A stretch of DNA of 64,000 bases from Myxococcota bacterium (lineage in GTDB: Bacteria; Myxococcota_A; Polyangia; Nannocystales; Nannocystaceae): assembly GCA_039194325.1 (NCBI GenBank), contig JBCCWC010000002.1:160001-224000 (forward strand), written 5' to 3'. A program made the position numbers and the translations under genes. Positions 49,000 to 57,299 of this stretch are shown piece by piece. Numbering within the stretch: position 1 is the stretch's first letter; each line of letters begins with the position of its first letter. Under the pieces are notes generated by a model. It was not told the origin of the DNA and searched no databases. It was given only the letters and a program-made list of their open reading frames with translations.

Positions 49000-50112
49000 A
49001 TGGCGGCCATGTCCTCGTCGATCGATCGTCGGGTCCGTCTGCGGCCCGAGCTCGTCTCCTTCGGTCGGGCCGTTGGTCTGCCGTCCATCTTGTCGGCGTC
49101 GCTTGGCTTGGCCTGTTCGGTCTCGCCCGAGCCCGACAACCCCTTCGTGTCCGGTGGGACGGTCGCCGAGCCGACCTCGAGCGCCGGGACCGTTGTGCCC
49201 GACGGCAGCTCGGGTGGCAGCACCATGGCGCTCGATGGCTCGGGCTCTTCGGCCGCCGCGACCGCGGGGGACGGCCCCAAGCTCGATGTGGCGTCCCAAG
49301 ACGTGGGCACGCCCGGTCAGGAGTTCTGTAACTTCGTCGACATCCTCTTCGTCATCGACAACTCGCTGTCGATGGATGAGTACCAGCTGGCGCTGGCGCT
49401 GGCGTGGCCCAGCTTCGTCGACGAGATGTGGGCGAACCTGCCGGCGGGCACCGATCTCCACGTGGGGATGACCACCACCGCCTTCTATAATGGGAGCTGC
49501 TCCGAGTTCTACTTCAACTGCCAGACCACGGCCTCCGACAGCGCGATCCTCTCTCGCTACATCACCCCCGACATGGGCACCACCGCGGGCAACGGCGAGC
49601 AGGGGCGGCTGTTCGAGTGGCAAGGCCAGCGCTACTTCTCGGCGACCGTGGGGGATGACTCCACCGCGTTCAAGGATTGGTTCTCCGGGGCTGCGGTGGC
49701 TGCGGGCGAGACCGGGTGCAGCTTCGAGATGATGTCGGCGGCGGCGGGCTACGCCTTTCACCCGGCCAACGCGATGGCCAACGAGGGGTTCTTGCGGGAC
49801 GAAGGCGCGGTGCTGGTGGTCGTGGTGCTCACCGACGAGCCCGACAAGTCGCCCGAGGGGGCGATGACCTACTACGACATGATCGTCGACGCGAAGGCGG
49901 GCTGCGGCGGCGATCAGTGCGTGATCGTCACCGGGCTGGTCAACCAGTGTATCGAGGGGGTCAACAACGGGCTGTGGCAGTTCTTCAACCTCTTCCCCGG
50001 GTTCACCGGCACGGGGAGCATCGAGGAGCCGCTGGACTACGCCCAGGTGGTGGGCTCGGCGCTGGCCGAGGTGATCGGGGAGACCTGCGACCAGATCCCG
50101 CCGGCGGGGTAG
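49000..50112 (+). CDS. vWA-like lipoprotein, tandem paralogue 2
   Basis: GLAC lipobox, DILFVIDNSLSM and VVVVLTDEPDKS; visibly similar to the preceding gene. Confidence 0.82.
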   Translation: MAAMSSSIDRRVRLRPELVSFGRAVGLPSILSASLGLACSVSPEPDNPFVSGGTVAEPTSSAGTVVPDGSSGGSTMALDGSGSSAAATAGDGPKLDVASQDVGTPGQEFCNFVDILFVIDNSLSMDEYQLALALAWPSFVDEMWANLPAGTDLHVGMTTTAFYNGSCSEFYFNCQTTASDSAILSRYITPDMGTTAGNGEQGRLFEWQGQRYFSATVGDDSTAFKDWFSGAAVAAGETGCSFEMMSAAAGYAFHPANAMANEGFLRDEGAVLVVVVLTDEPDKSPEGAMTYYDMIVDAKAGCGGDQCVIVTGLVNQCIEGVNNGLWQFFNLFPGFTGTGSIEEPLDYAQVVGSALAEVIGETCDQIPPAG

Positions 50113-50196
50113 CGCAGGTGGGGTGGCCGTGAGCTCGCGGGTGCGGGGCCTCCGGTGCTCTGGTGGGCACGGCATGTGGTCTGGTAAGATCTCCTG

Positions 50197-50430
50197 GTGG
50201 CCGAGCAGACCGAACGCAAGGCGCGAGCCATGGAGCGGCGTAATCGAGCCATCCTACGAAAGGCTCGCCTGCAGGATCGTGAATACGATCTGCATCCGTT
50301 GCTCGGTCCAGCAGCGTTGTCCTTGGTGACCAAGCGTACTAGAGAAGGATGGTCCCTCTCCGGTCGACTCTGGCCGAGCTACCCGCGATCGGAGACTCCC
50401 TTTCGTTTCGTTCCACGGGGGCGTGGTTGA
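50197..50430 (+). CDS. Small basic hypothetical protein
   Basis: 77 aa ending WSLSGRLWPSYPRSETPFRFV. Its stop overlaps a TTG that begins IDLPEDFRDLLIE. Confidence 0.55.
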   Translation: MAEQTERKARAMERRNRAILRKARLQDREYDLHPLLGPAALSLVTKRTREGWSLSGRLWPSYPRSETPFRFVPRGRG

Positions 50431-50544
50431 TCGATCTTCCCGAGGACTTTCGCGATCTCCTCATCGAGATGGTTGGCCTTCATTCCCCGTTCTTAGTGTG
50501 GGTCATAAGACCGTTGCTTCCGCGGAGCGTCAGTCTTGCGATCT

Positions 50545-51255
50545 CTACTCCACGAACTCGACGACCAGCGCGATCGCTTTGCCTCGGCGCTCCAGGCTGA
50601 GCTCTATGCGAGTCGCCGTGCGAAGCCCGGCGTAGATCTCCATCGCTTGGTCTATGGAGGTCAGCGCCTTGCCGTCGACCGCGGTGAGCATGTCGCCGTT
50701 CTCGATCCCGAGACGCTTGGGCAGGCTGCCCGAGCGGATCCCATAGAACTTGTAGCCCACCACCGATCCGCCCTCTTGCTTGGGGACGATACGAGCCTGT
50801 CGAGCGAGCTTCGCGGGATCGTCCATCAGATCGTCGAGCAGCGCTCGGTCGACCTTGCACTCGATCTTGGCGGTCTCCAGGCCCTCGCACTGGATCCCTT
50901 CGGTCGCGGCCTTGAGCTCGGAGCTGCTCGTGCCGGCTGGATTCGGCCGAGCATCGGGCCTGAGCATCGCCCCGCGTTCCCGACGACGGGCCTCATGGGT
51001 CTCGTCTTGTGCCTTGCGCTCGGCGGCCCAGGCGGTCAGGGGTTCGAGGGCCAGGGCCTGATCTTGGAGCGTGGTGGTCAGCGCATCGAGCTTGGTCTCT
51101 ATCGCGGTCAGCCGCTGCTGCGTTGCTTCCAGCCGGCTAGAGACGGCGGCGAGCGCTTCGCCGTCGTGACCGTCGCCCGCGGGCTGGCATGCGGCCGAGG
51201 TGAGCGCCACAGACAGGAGCACGAGCAAGCCGCCGTCGAGCCGAGGATCGATCAT
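50545..51255 (-). CDS. Lipoprotein with GspC-type PDZ domain
   Basis: SAAC lipobox, a coiled coil, and ARIVP...GYKFYGIRSGSLPKRLGIENGDMLTAVDG...LERRG. Confidence 0.8.
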   Translation of the reverse strand: MIDPRLDGGLLVLLSVALTSAACQPAGDGHDGEALAAVSSRLEATQQRLTAIETKLDALTTTLQDQALALEPLTAWAAERKAQDETHEARRRERGAMLRPDARPNPAGTSSSELKAATEGIQCEGLETAKIECKVDRALLDDLMDDPAKLARQARIVPKQEGGSVVGYKFYGIRSGSLPKRLGIENGDMLTAVDGKALTSIDQAMEIYAGLRTATRIELSLERRGKAIALVVEFVE

Positions 51256-51428
51256 GGCACGGAATGTCGCATGCTCGACGATGGGACGCACAGACGCCGA
51301 CCGCCGCGCGTGCGCGTGCGCGTGCGCGTGCGCGTGCTCGTACGCTTGCGCGTCCACCCGTGCGTTAGCCTGCGCTTGGAGCGCGTTCGTCGTGGCCGGG
51401 CGACATCGATTTCAGGCACACTTGCCCT

Positions 51429-52034
51429 GTGAGTAAAGCGGAAGCGGAAGACGTGCTGGATTTCTGGTTCGGGCAACTCGACGCGGACGGGCGGGCCGAG
51501 GCGTCGAAGCGCAAGTCGTGGTGGAAGAAGGACCCCGCCTTCGACGAAGAGATAAGAGATCGATTCTTGGCGACGTATGAAGCGATCGTCGCGGGCGAGC
51601 GGCGAGCTTGGCAAGAGCACGCTAGTTCGTGCCTGGCGCTGGTCATCGTCTTGGATCAGTTCAGTCGCAACATGTTTCGCAACACCGCCAAGATGTACGC
51701 CGCGGACGGGCAATCCGTGCAGATCGTGCATTCTGGGCTAGAGCGTGGCTTCGATCGGATGCTGCGAACCGACGAGTGCGTCTTCTTCTATATGCCGCTG
51801 ATGCACTCAGAGGATCTCGCGCACCAAGAGCGCTGTATCGTGTTGTTTCGAGCGCTTCACGACCAATGCCCCGTCGCGGCCAAAGACGGCCTGGCCAAGA
51901 ACATCGACTTCGCCGTCAAGCATCGCGACATTGTGCGCGACTGGGGGCGTTTTCCTCACCGCAACGAGATCCTCGGCCGGGCGAGCACACCCGAGGAACT
52001 CGCGTTCCTCGAGCAACCGGGCTCGGGATTCTGA
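51429..52034 (+). CDS. DUF924 family protein
   Basis: VLDFWF, VLDQFSRNMFR, FFYMPLMHSE and GRFPHRNEILGR. Confidence 0.95.
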   Translation: MSKAEAEDVLDFWFGQLDADGRAEASKRKSWWKKDPAFDEEIRDRFLATYEAIVAGERRAWQEHASSCLALVIVLDQFSRNMFRNTAKMYAADGQSVQIVHSGLERGFDRMLRTDECVFFYMPLMHSEDLAHQERCIVLFRALHDQCPVAAKDGLAKNIDFAVKHRDIVRDWGRFPHRNEILGRASTPEELAFLEQPGSGF

Positions 52035-52132
52035 GCCGCCCACAATGCCGGCATTGACGGGGCGTGCTCGTGGTGAGCGGCCTTCGTAGGCTCGAACGCT
52101 GAGATCGGCGTCCCGGGAACAGGGCACTCGTC

Positions 52133-53230
52133 CTACGGAATGTTGACCGCGCCGCAGGGCCAGCTGGCGTCGACGGTGTGGTCGCCGCCGTCGCGGAGCG
52201 TCTCGCAGGCCTCGCCCTGGAGCACCAGGGTAGATTGATCGGGCAGGTCGTAGTCGACCCCGCACTCGAGCTCCGTGCCGTCGAGGGTGACGGTGCCGTC
52301 GCAGGCTTGGTCGAGATCGACCTCGCCTTCGATCGCTAGCTCGCAGCTGACGAAGGTGCCGATGATCTCCTCGAAGGCGTCGACCAGCTGCATGACGTCG
52401 AGGGCCTGGTAGTACGGCGCCGGCATGGCGTCGTCGGGCGCCTTGCCCACCCCCACGTTGGCCATCTCTTGCAGGTGGTCGGCGCCGACGTCGTCACCCA
52501 CGCTGATGATGTAGGTGGTGATCCCCAGGTTGAACGCCTCGGCGGCGGCCTCGAGGGACTCCGGCTGCCCGTTTTGCGGGTTGGGCTCGTCACAGGTGTC
52601 GGGCTCGCCGTCGGTGGCGAGCACGATCCCCTTGGGGCCGTCGGCCTGGAAGTCGGCCAGCATTTGCGCGACCGCGGCCAGCGACTCCCCGGTTGGGGTG
52701 TCACCCAGCGGGTCGGCGGGATCGAAGACGTCGTCGATCGCAGTGAAGTTGTCGAGCGCGGGCTCGACGGTGTCGAGCAAGGGACACTCGCCGCCCGCGA
52801 AGCCGCCGTCGCTGGTGTAGAGCGCCAGGCCAAAGCGCACCTGAGACGCAAGGGTGGTCACCACGCCGTTGGCCGGATCCATCAGCGTCTCGTACATCGC
52901 GTCCCAGCGGGACTGGCCCGAGAAGTTGTTGTTCATGCTCCCCGACTGGTCGACCAGCAAGAACAAGGTGGGGATGATCGGATCGACCTGCACCTGAACC
53001 TCAGCGCAGCCGCCGGTGGTGAGCTCGGGGAGCGGATCGGTGGGCGAGCCGGAGGTGTCGAGGCTGTCGTTGGGGAACGGGTCGTTGCCGCTGCTGCTGC
53101 TGCTGCCGAAGTTGAACGGAGTGGTACCCAGCCCTTCCGTGTCTTCGGGTGTGTTGGGGGTAGTGGGATTGGGACAGCCCGCCAACGAACCTGCGCCCAG
53201 CATCAAAACCAAACCACGGCCATACTTCAC
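52133..53230 (-). CDS. vWA-domain lipoprotein
   Basis: LAGC lipobox, LLVDQSGSM, TPTG and LATDGEP give a complete MIDAS. Confidence 0.88.
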   Translation of the reverse strand: MKYGRGLVLMLGAGSLAGCPNPTTPNTPEDTEGLGTTPFNFGSSSSSGNDPFPNDSLDTSGSPTDPLPELTTGGCAEVQVQVDPIIPTLFLLVDQSGSMNNNFSGQSRWDAMYETLMDPANGVVTTLASQVRFGLALYTSDGGFAGGECPLLDTVEPALDNFTAIDDVFDPADPLGDTPTGESLAAVAQMLADFQADGPKGIVLATDGEPDTCDEPNPQNGQPESLEAAAEAFNLGITTYIISVGDDVGADHLQEMANVGVGKAPDDAMPAPYYQALDVMQLVDAFEEIIGTFVSCELAIEGEVDLDQACDGTVTLDGTELECGVDYDLPDQSTLVLQGEACETLRDGGDHTVDASWPCGAVNIP

Positions 53231-53638
53231 TGCTTTACGAGACTACCTCTCGAACCTGTTCCCGCAAGCCTTCATTGCGACTCATTTGCGTAAGCTCGAT
53301 CGGGTCTTCGACGCCAAGGTGGGATGATGACTCCCGATCACTTCCCGATGAATTCCGATGACTCCCCAAACTCCGGGAGGTGTCCAGGCGGATGTTCAGG
53401 GGGAAGGTTCGGAAGCGGACATGCGGGGAAATTTTCGGTCGAGCGTGGTCCTACATTCGGGGCCGAGGTGGCCGGTGCTGGTGTCGGTGTTTCGGATACT
53501 GCCCTCGGCATGTGGGCCGCGGGGTCGTTGCACGCGGTCGCAAGCAGCAGGACCGGCAGGGCGAAGGGGGCGAGCCAGGCGCGCATGCGCACGTGCCTAC
53601 GTACGAAGGCCGAGTGCGGTCTGTTCCCACTCCGGGCT

Positions 53639-54718
53639 TCAGACCGGCGCTTGGGCTCCGGCCTCGCCCGTGGGTCGCAGCTGCACCTGAAGTCGCGAGG
53701 TGGTCGGATCCGCGGTGCGGAACACGAAGCGATAGCGCCCGGGCTCGCCGACCCATACCGAGCCGGACTCGGGCTCGTGCCATAAAGAGGCTTGCTCGGT
53801 GGCGCAAAAGCACGGCTCGATCTCCAGCGTGGCGTCGCCGTCGGCGTGCAGGTCGACGGCATAATGGCCGGGCTTGGGGATCTCCACCAGCGCGGAGGTC
53901 TCTCGGTCGTAGCGGGAGCGGAAGGTGTTTTGAACGTCGGGGTCTTCGCAGGCCAGCGCGGCATCGAAGGTCCATCCCGAGTCCTCCCATGGCACCACCG
54001 GTCCCCGGCACAGGGCAGGATTTTCGTGCACGGCGGGGGCGCGCGCGGCGAACTGGGCGCCGATGGTGGTCAGGTCTCCGTGGAGGGTCTGCTCCAAGCA
54101 GCGCTCGACCGCGTCGAGGGGATCGCCACGGTCTACACAGTCCACCAGCTGCACCAGCGCCTCGGCCCCGTGCTCGGCTCGCACGAAGTCCACGAACTGG
54201 GCGGCCCGGGGGTAGTGCTCGTAGGCCACGTCGTCGCGGGCCAGCAACTGCCGCAAGGGCGGGGTAGGCCAGGGGACGCCGGGCTCGGGGCACCAGCGGT
54301 CGCCCAGGCTGCCGGCCATGCCCTCGCTGAGGAAGCGATCGGTCATGCCCAAGTCGGAGCCCGAGGCCACGTGGTGCACCAGCTCGTGCCAGATCGCGCG
54401 CGGCTCGTAGGCGGGCACGAAGGTGGCGTCGACCCAGCCGCCGATGTAGCAGGCCATCACGTCGTCACACCACGGGGCGGTGTCTTCGACCACGAAGACC
54501 TCGATCAGCCGGTCGGGGTCGCGTGCGATCCCCAGCTGGGCCTCAACGAAACCCACATGATCATCCCAGGCGCGCAACGTGCCGGCGCATAGCTCGACCT
54601 CGGCCTGAACCCCTACCGCCACTCTCTGGCCTTCGGCCAAGAGCTCCGGTAAGGGGGGGGCACAGGCCACCGAACCCAACAGACTCGCTGCGAGCCAACT
54701 GCTGGCTCGCGATGACAA
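53639..54718 (-). CDS. Lipoprotein with HExxH...E gluzincin-like motif
   Basis: SVAC lipobox and WHELVHH...FLSEGMA. Confidence 0.7.
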   Translation of the reverse strand: MSSRASSWLAASLLGSVACAPPLPELLAEGQRVAVGVQAEVELCAGTLRAWDDHVGFVEAQLGIARDPDRLIEVFVVEDTAPWCDDVMACYIGGWVDATFVPAYEPRAIWHELVHHVASGSDLGMTDRFLSEGMAGSLGDRWCPEPGVPWPTPPLRQLLARDDVAYEHYPRAAQFVDFVRAEHGAEALVQLVDCVDRGDPLDAVERCLEQTLHGDLTTIGAQFAARAPAVHENPALCRGPVVPWEDSGWTFDAALACEDPDVQNTFRSRYDRETSALVEIPKPGHYAVDLHADGDATLEIEPCFCATEQASLWHEPESGSVWVGEPGRYRFVFRTADPTTSRLQVQLRPTGEAGAQAPV

Positions 54719-55001
54719 AGCGAAAGAAACCTCGCCTGTTCAAGCTAGCAGCGAAGTCTCACGTTCGCGATGTAGTGGGGCATAGTGGGGCGTCAGCGGG
54801 CGCTTGAGGGCGATCTGCGGGGGCACGCGGGTTGGCGGGCGAGCGCGGCGGAGGAGCCGCCCGGCTGGATGGCCCGGAGGAGGCAAATCGGGAGGGCAAG
54901 TCGGGAGGGCTAGCGGGCGACTTGGGCAGGCGGTGTTGGGCGGGTTGCCCAAAGCCCGAAGGGATCCCCCGGCAAGTGCTCGAACCGAGGACGGGTCGGA
55001 G

Positions 55002-55018
55002 TTGGCACGACACGTGCT
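55002..55018 (+). promoter_or_regulatory. Sigma54 -24/-12 promoter
   Basis: TTGGCACG ACAC GTGCT compared with consensus TGGCACG-N4-TTGCW: one mismatch and exact spacing. Confidence 0.7.
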
Positions 55019-55028
55019 CTACAGGGGG

Positions 55029-55217
55029 ACGTCAAGGGAAGGCCGCTCGCTTCTTCATCCGACGGGCAACCATCCTCACCCCTGCCGTTCACAAATGCCC
55101 GGAGGGCGGGTGGCGACGGTCGATCCCGAGACGAACGAGAGAGGTGCCGTGGGGGCACCTGGGATAGCAACAGCGAAGTGGAGCCAGGGCCGGCGGGAAA
55201 CCGCCGGCCCGTTTTTG
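55029..55217 (+). ncRNA. Putative ~190-nt small RNA
   Basis: Bracketed by a sigma54 promoter and an intrinsic terminator on the + strand, between two minus-strand genes. There is no convincing CDS, and an internal hairpin lies at 55142-55160. Confidence 0.55.
55187..55217 (+). terminator. Intrinsic terminator
   Basis: GGGCCGGCGG-GAAA-CCGCCGGCCC-GTTTTT (10-bp stem, GNRA loop). Confidence 0.85.
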
Positions 55218-55260
55218 ATCTAGCGCGGGGAGGATTGGGCGCGGCAGAGGTCGGAGCTGC

Positions 55261-56994
55261 TCACATGCAGTTGGGGAGGTACTGGAGGTTGGATACCGGA
55301 TCCCCGAAACTGCCGAGGTAGAGAGGCGGCATCATCGAGTTGAGCTCGACCTCGAATATGTCGGTGTCCACGGCGATGAATGCCATCTGGCGGGTCGGAT
55401 CATATTCAAGACCCGCCGGATCCCACGGGTTGTCGAAGTCTGCATCGAGGTCGCGTACGATCGCGGCAGCGGCTGTTGTCGGGTCAATGCTGTAGATCGT
55501 CTGATTGACGCCGTTGGCCACTAGCAGGCGATCTTGTGTGCAATCGTAGGCCATGCCGCATGAGCTGATGTTGAGCGGGACGCCTATGGAAGTAATCAAC
55601 GCGCTTGCTACAATTGTCCCCATTGCTGGATCGAAGGTCAGTAGATTGCCGTCCTCGTTGATCCCATAGAGCATGCCATCGCCACCGAACTCAAGCCCAC
55701 ATACGACGTCACCTGGATCTCCGTAGGGCGCCATGCCAACTGGCACTACTTCTCCTACTCCTCCGATGCAGGTAGCTGCATAATCTAGAACAGTCTGAAT
55801 CTGAACGCTGGCTCGGTCGTTTGCGAAGATTTCCCCATTTTCGCTTATGGTAGCGCTCGTGATGTCAACATCTACGGGCTGGCCCATGGGATCTTGAAGC
55901 GTGATCAGAATCTCGAGGTCGCCAGCATCCATACCGTCGGTCACTACCGTGGCGAGGGTGCGCGGTTCCATCGGTGCACCGAGGTGCGGCAAGAAGGCGG
56001 TTAGCGCGAGCGTATTGGGGTTGAGGTCGATGTTGCTGTCATAACAGTCGCCCCCCGGGATGGCTCCTCCACCGGGGTTCGCATCACCATACCCGTCGCC
56101 GTCAGCGTCGGTCATGCACGGCGTAGAATCATCTTCGTTCTCGGCTGCTCCCGGATGAGTGTTGCCGTCCATGTCATCACAATCGGTCCCTGGCTCGACT
56201 CCCGTCGGCGGATCGATGTCGCCCCAGCCATCGCCATCTTCATCCTGGGCGCATAGGTCGGGCGGATCTTCCATGTCTGCCGCGCCGGGAAAGATGCTGG
56301 CGTCCGTGTCGAGGCAGTCGGTCCCCGGCATGGCGCCCTTGGGCGGAGTTTGATCGCCGTACCCGTCGCCATCCTGGTCGGAGGTGCACAGCTCGGGCGG
56401 TATCTCGAGTTCGGCCGACCCGGGAAAGATCGCGGGCTCGGTATCGATGCAGTCGGTCCCCGCCTCGATCCCCTCGGGCGGCTTTTCGCCTCCAAAGTCG
56501 TCCCCGAAATCGTCGTCGTCCTGATCGCGCATGCACGCCTGCAGATCGTCGTTCGGCGCCGCTCCGGGGAACGTAAACTCGTCCACGTCGTCGCAGTCGT
56601 CACCGTTGTCGACGCTACCCTTGACGGGCTCCTCGGACATCTCGCAGTTATCCGGGTCGCCGAACCCATCCATATCCACGTCGCGGCACCACAGCGACTC
56701 GCCGTCGGTATCGGTATCGGTGTCCGTATCCGTATCCGTATCCGTGTCGGTCTCCGTCCCGTCGGCCGTGCTCGTTTGCGAGCCGGACATGCCGCCTATC
56801 GAGGTGGTGTCGGTCGGGCCGGTCGTGGTGGTCGGATCTTCGGTCGTGCTCTGCGAGTTGCTCCCGCTGTTTTGCGGGCAGATGATCGGGTTGTCCTGTC
56901 CTAGCCCGTCGTCGAGGCAGGGCTCGGCGCAGCCGAGCGGAAGGCCGCACGCAAACAGGCCGGCACCAGCAAGAGACCAACGTAGGTTCGACAT
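55261..56994 (-). CDS. Lipoprotein with DxDxDG Ca-binding (MopE-like) repeats and a C-terminal beta-rich (propeller-like) domain
   Basis: PLGC lipobox, a DT repeat, about five CxxDxDxDG[YFW]GD...GTDC.D....PGAA repeats, and a C-terminus with GLEF/GMAYD/GLEYD blade-like motifs. Confidence 0.8.
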   Translation of the reverse strand: MSNLRWSLAGAGLFACGLPLGCAEPCLDDGLGQDNPIICPQNSGSNSQSTTEDPTTTTGPTDTTSIGGMSGSQTSTADGTETDTDTDTDTDTDTDTDGESLWCRDVDMDGFGDPDNCEMSEEPVKGSVDNGDDCDDVDEFTFPGAAPNDDLQACMRDQDDDDFGDDFGGEKPPEGIEAGTDCIDTEPAIFPGSAELEIPPELCTSDQDGDGYGDQTPPKGAMPGTDCLDTDASIFPGAADMEDPPDLCAQDEDGDGWGDIDPPTGVEPGTDCDDMDGNTHPGAAENEDDSTPCMTDADGDGYGDANPGGGAIPGGDCYDSNIDLNPNTLALTAFLPHLGAPMEPRTLATVVTDGMDAGDLEILITLQDPMGQPVDVDITSATISENGEIFANDRASVQIQTVLDYAATCIGGVGEVVPVGMAPYGDPGDVVCGLEFGGDGMLYGINEDGNLLTFDPAMGTIVASALITSIGVPLNISSCGMAYDCTQDRLLVANGVNQTIYSIDPTTAAAAIVRDLDADFDNPWDPAGLEYDPTRQMAFIAVDTDIFEVELNSMMPPLYLGSFGDPVSNLQYLPNCM

Positions 56995-57107
56995 TTGCCG
57001 GACATTCTAGCCCTTAGCCCGGCCTCTCGGCAGTTAACACGCAAATCGGAACCCTGAGCGGACGCTCACCGGAGCATGGGTACAGCGAACCCCTATACGC
57101 ATTGCGA

Positions 57108-57189
57108 CGATCGGTCGCGATTGGTCGCGATCGGTCGCGATCGGCCGCGATCACTGGTCACAATCGGTCGTAATCAGTCGTCATCGGTC
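57108..57189. repeat. Degenerate 10-bp tandem repeat (CGATCGGTCG), about 7-8 copies
   Basis: Visible in the divergent intergenic region upstream of the OmpA-family gene. Confidence 0.7.
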
Positions 57190-57299
57190 TTGTCGGGGAA
57201 GGCACGACCGTCCAGATGCGGGCCATGTGACGTACGTCGAGTGGGTTTCTTGCGGTAACGGTGCTATGTCCCGCAGGATCCCACGTGGGACACACACGC

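Noticed and set aside
51255..51271. TGGCACG...GC sigma54-like site
   Set aside because: The GG-to-GC spacing is off by one base, and the site overlaps a start codon on the other strand.
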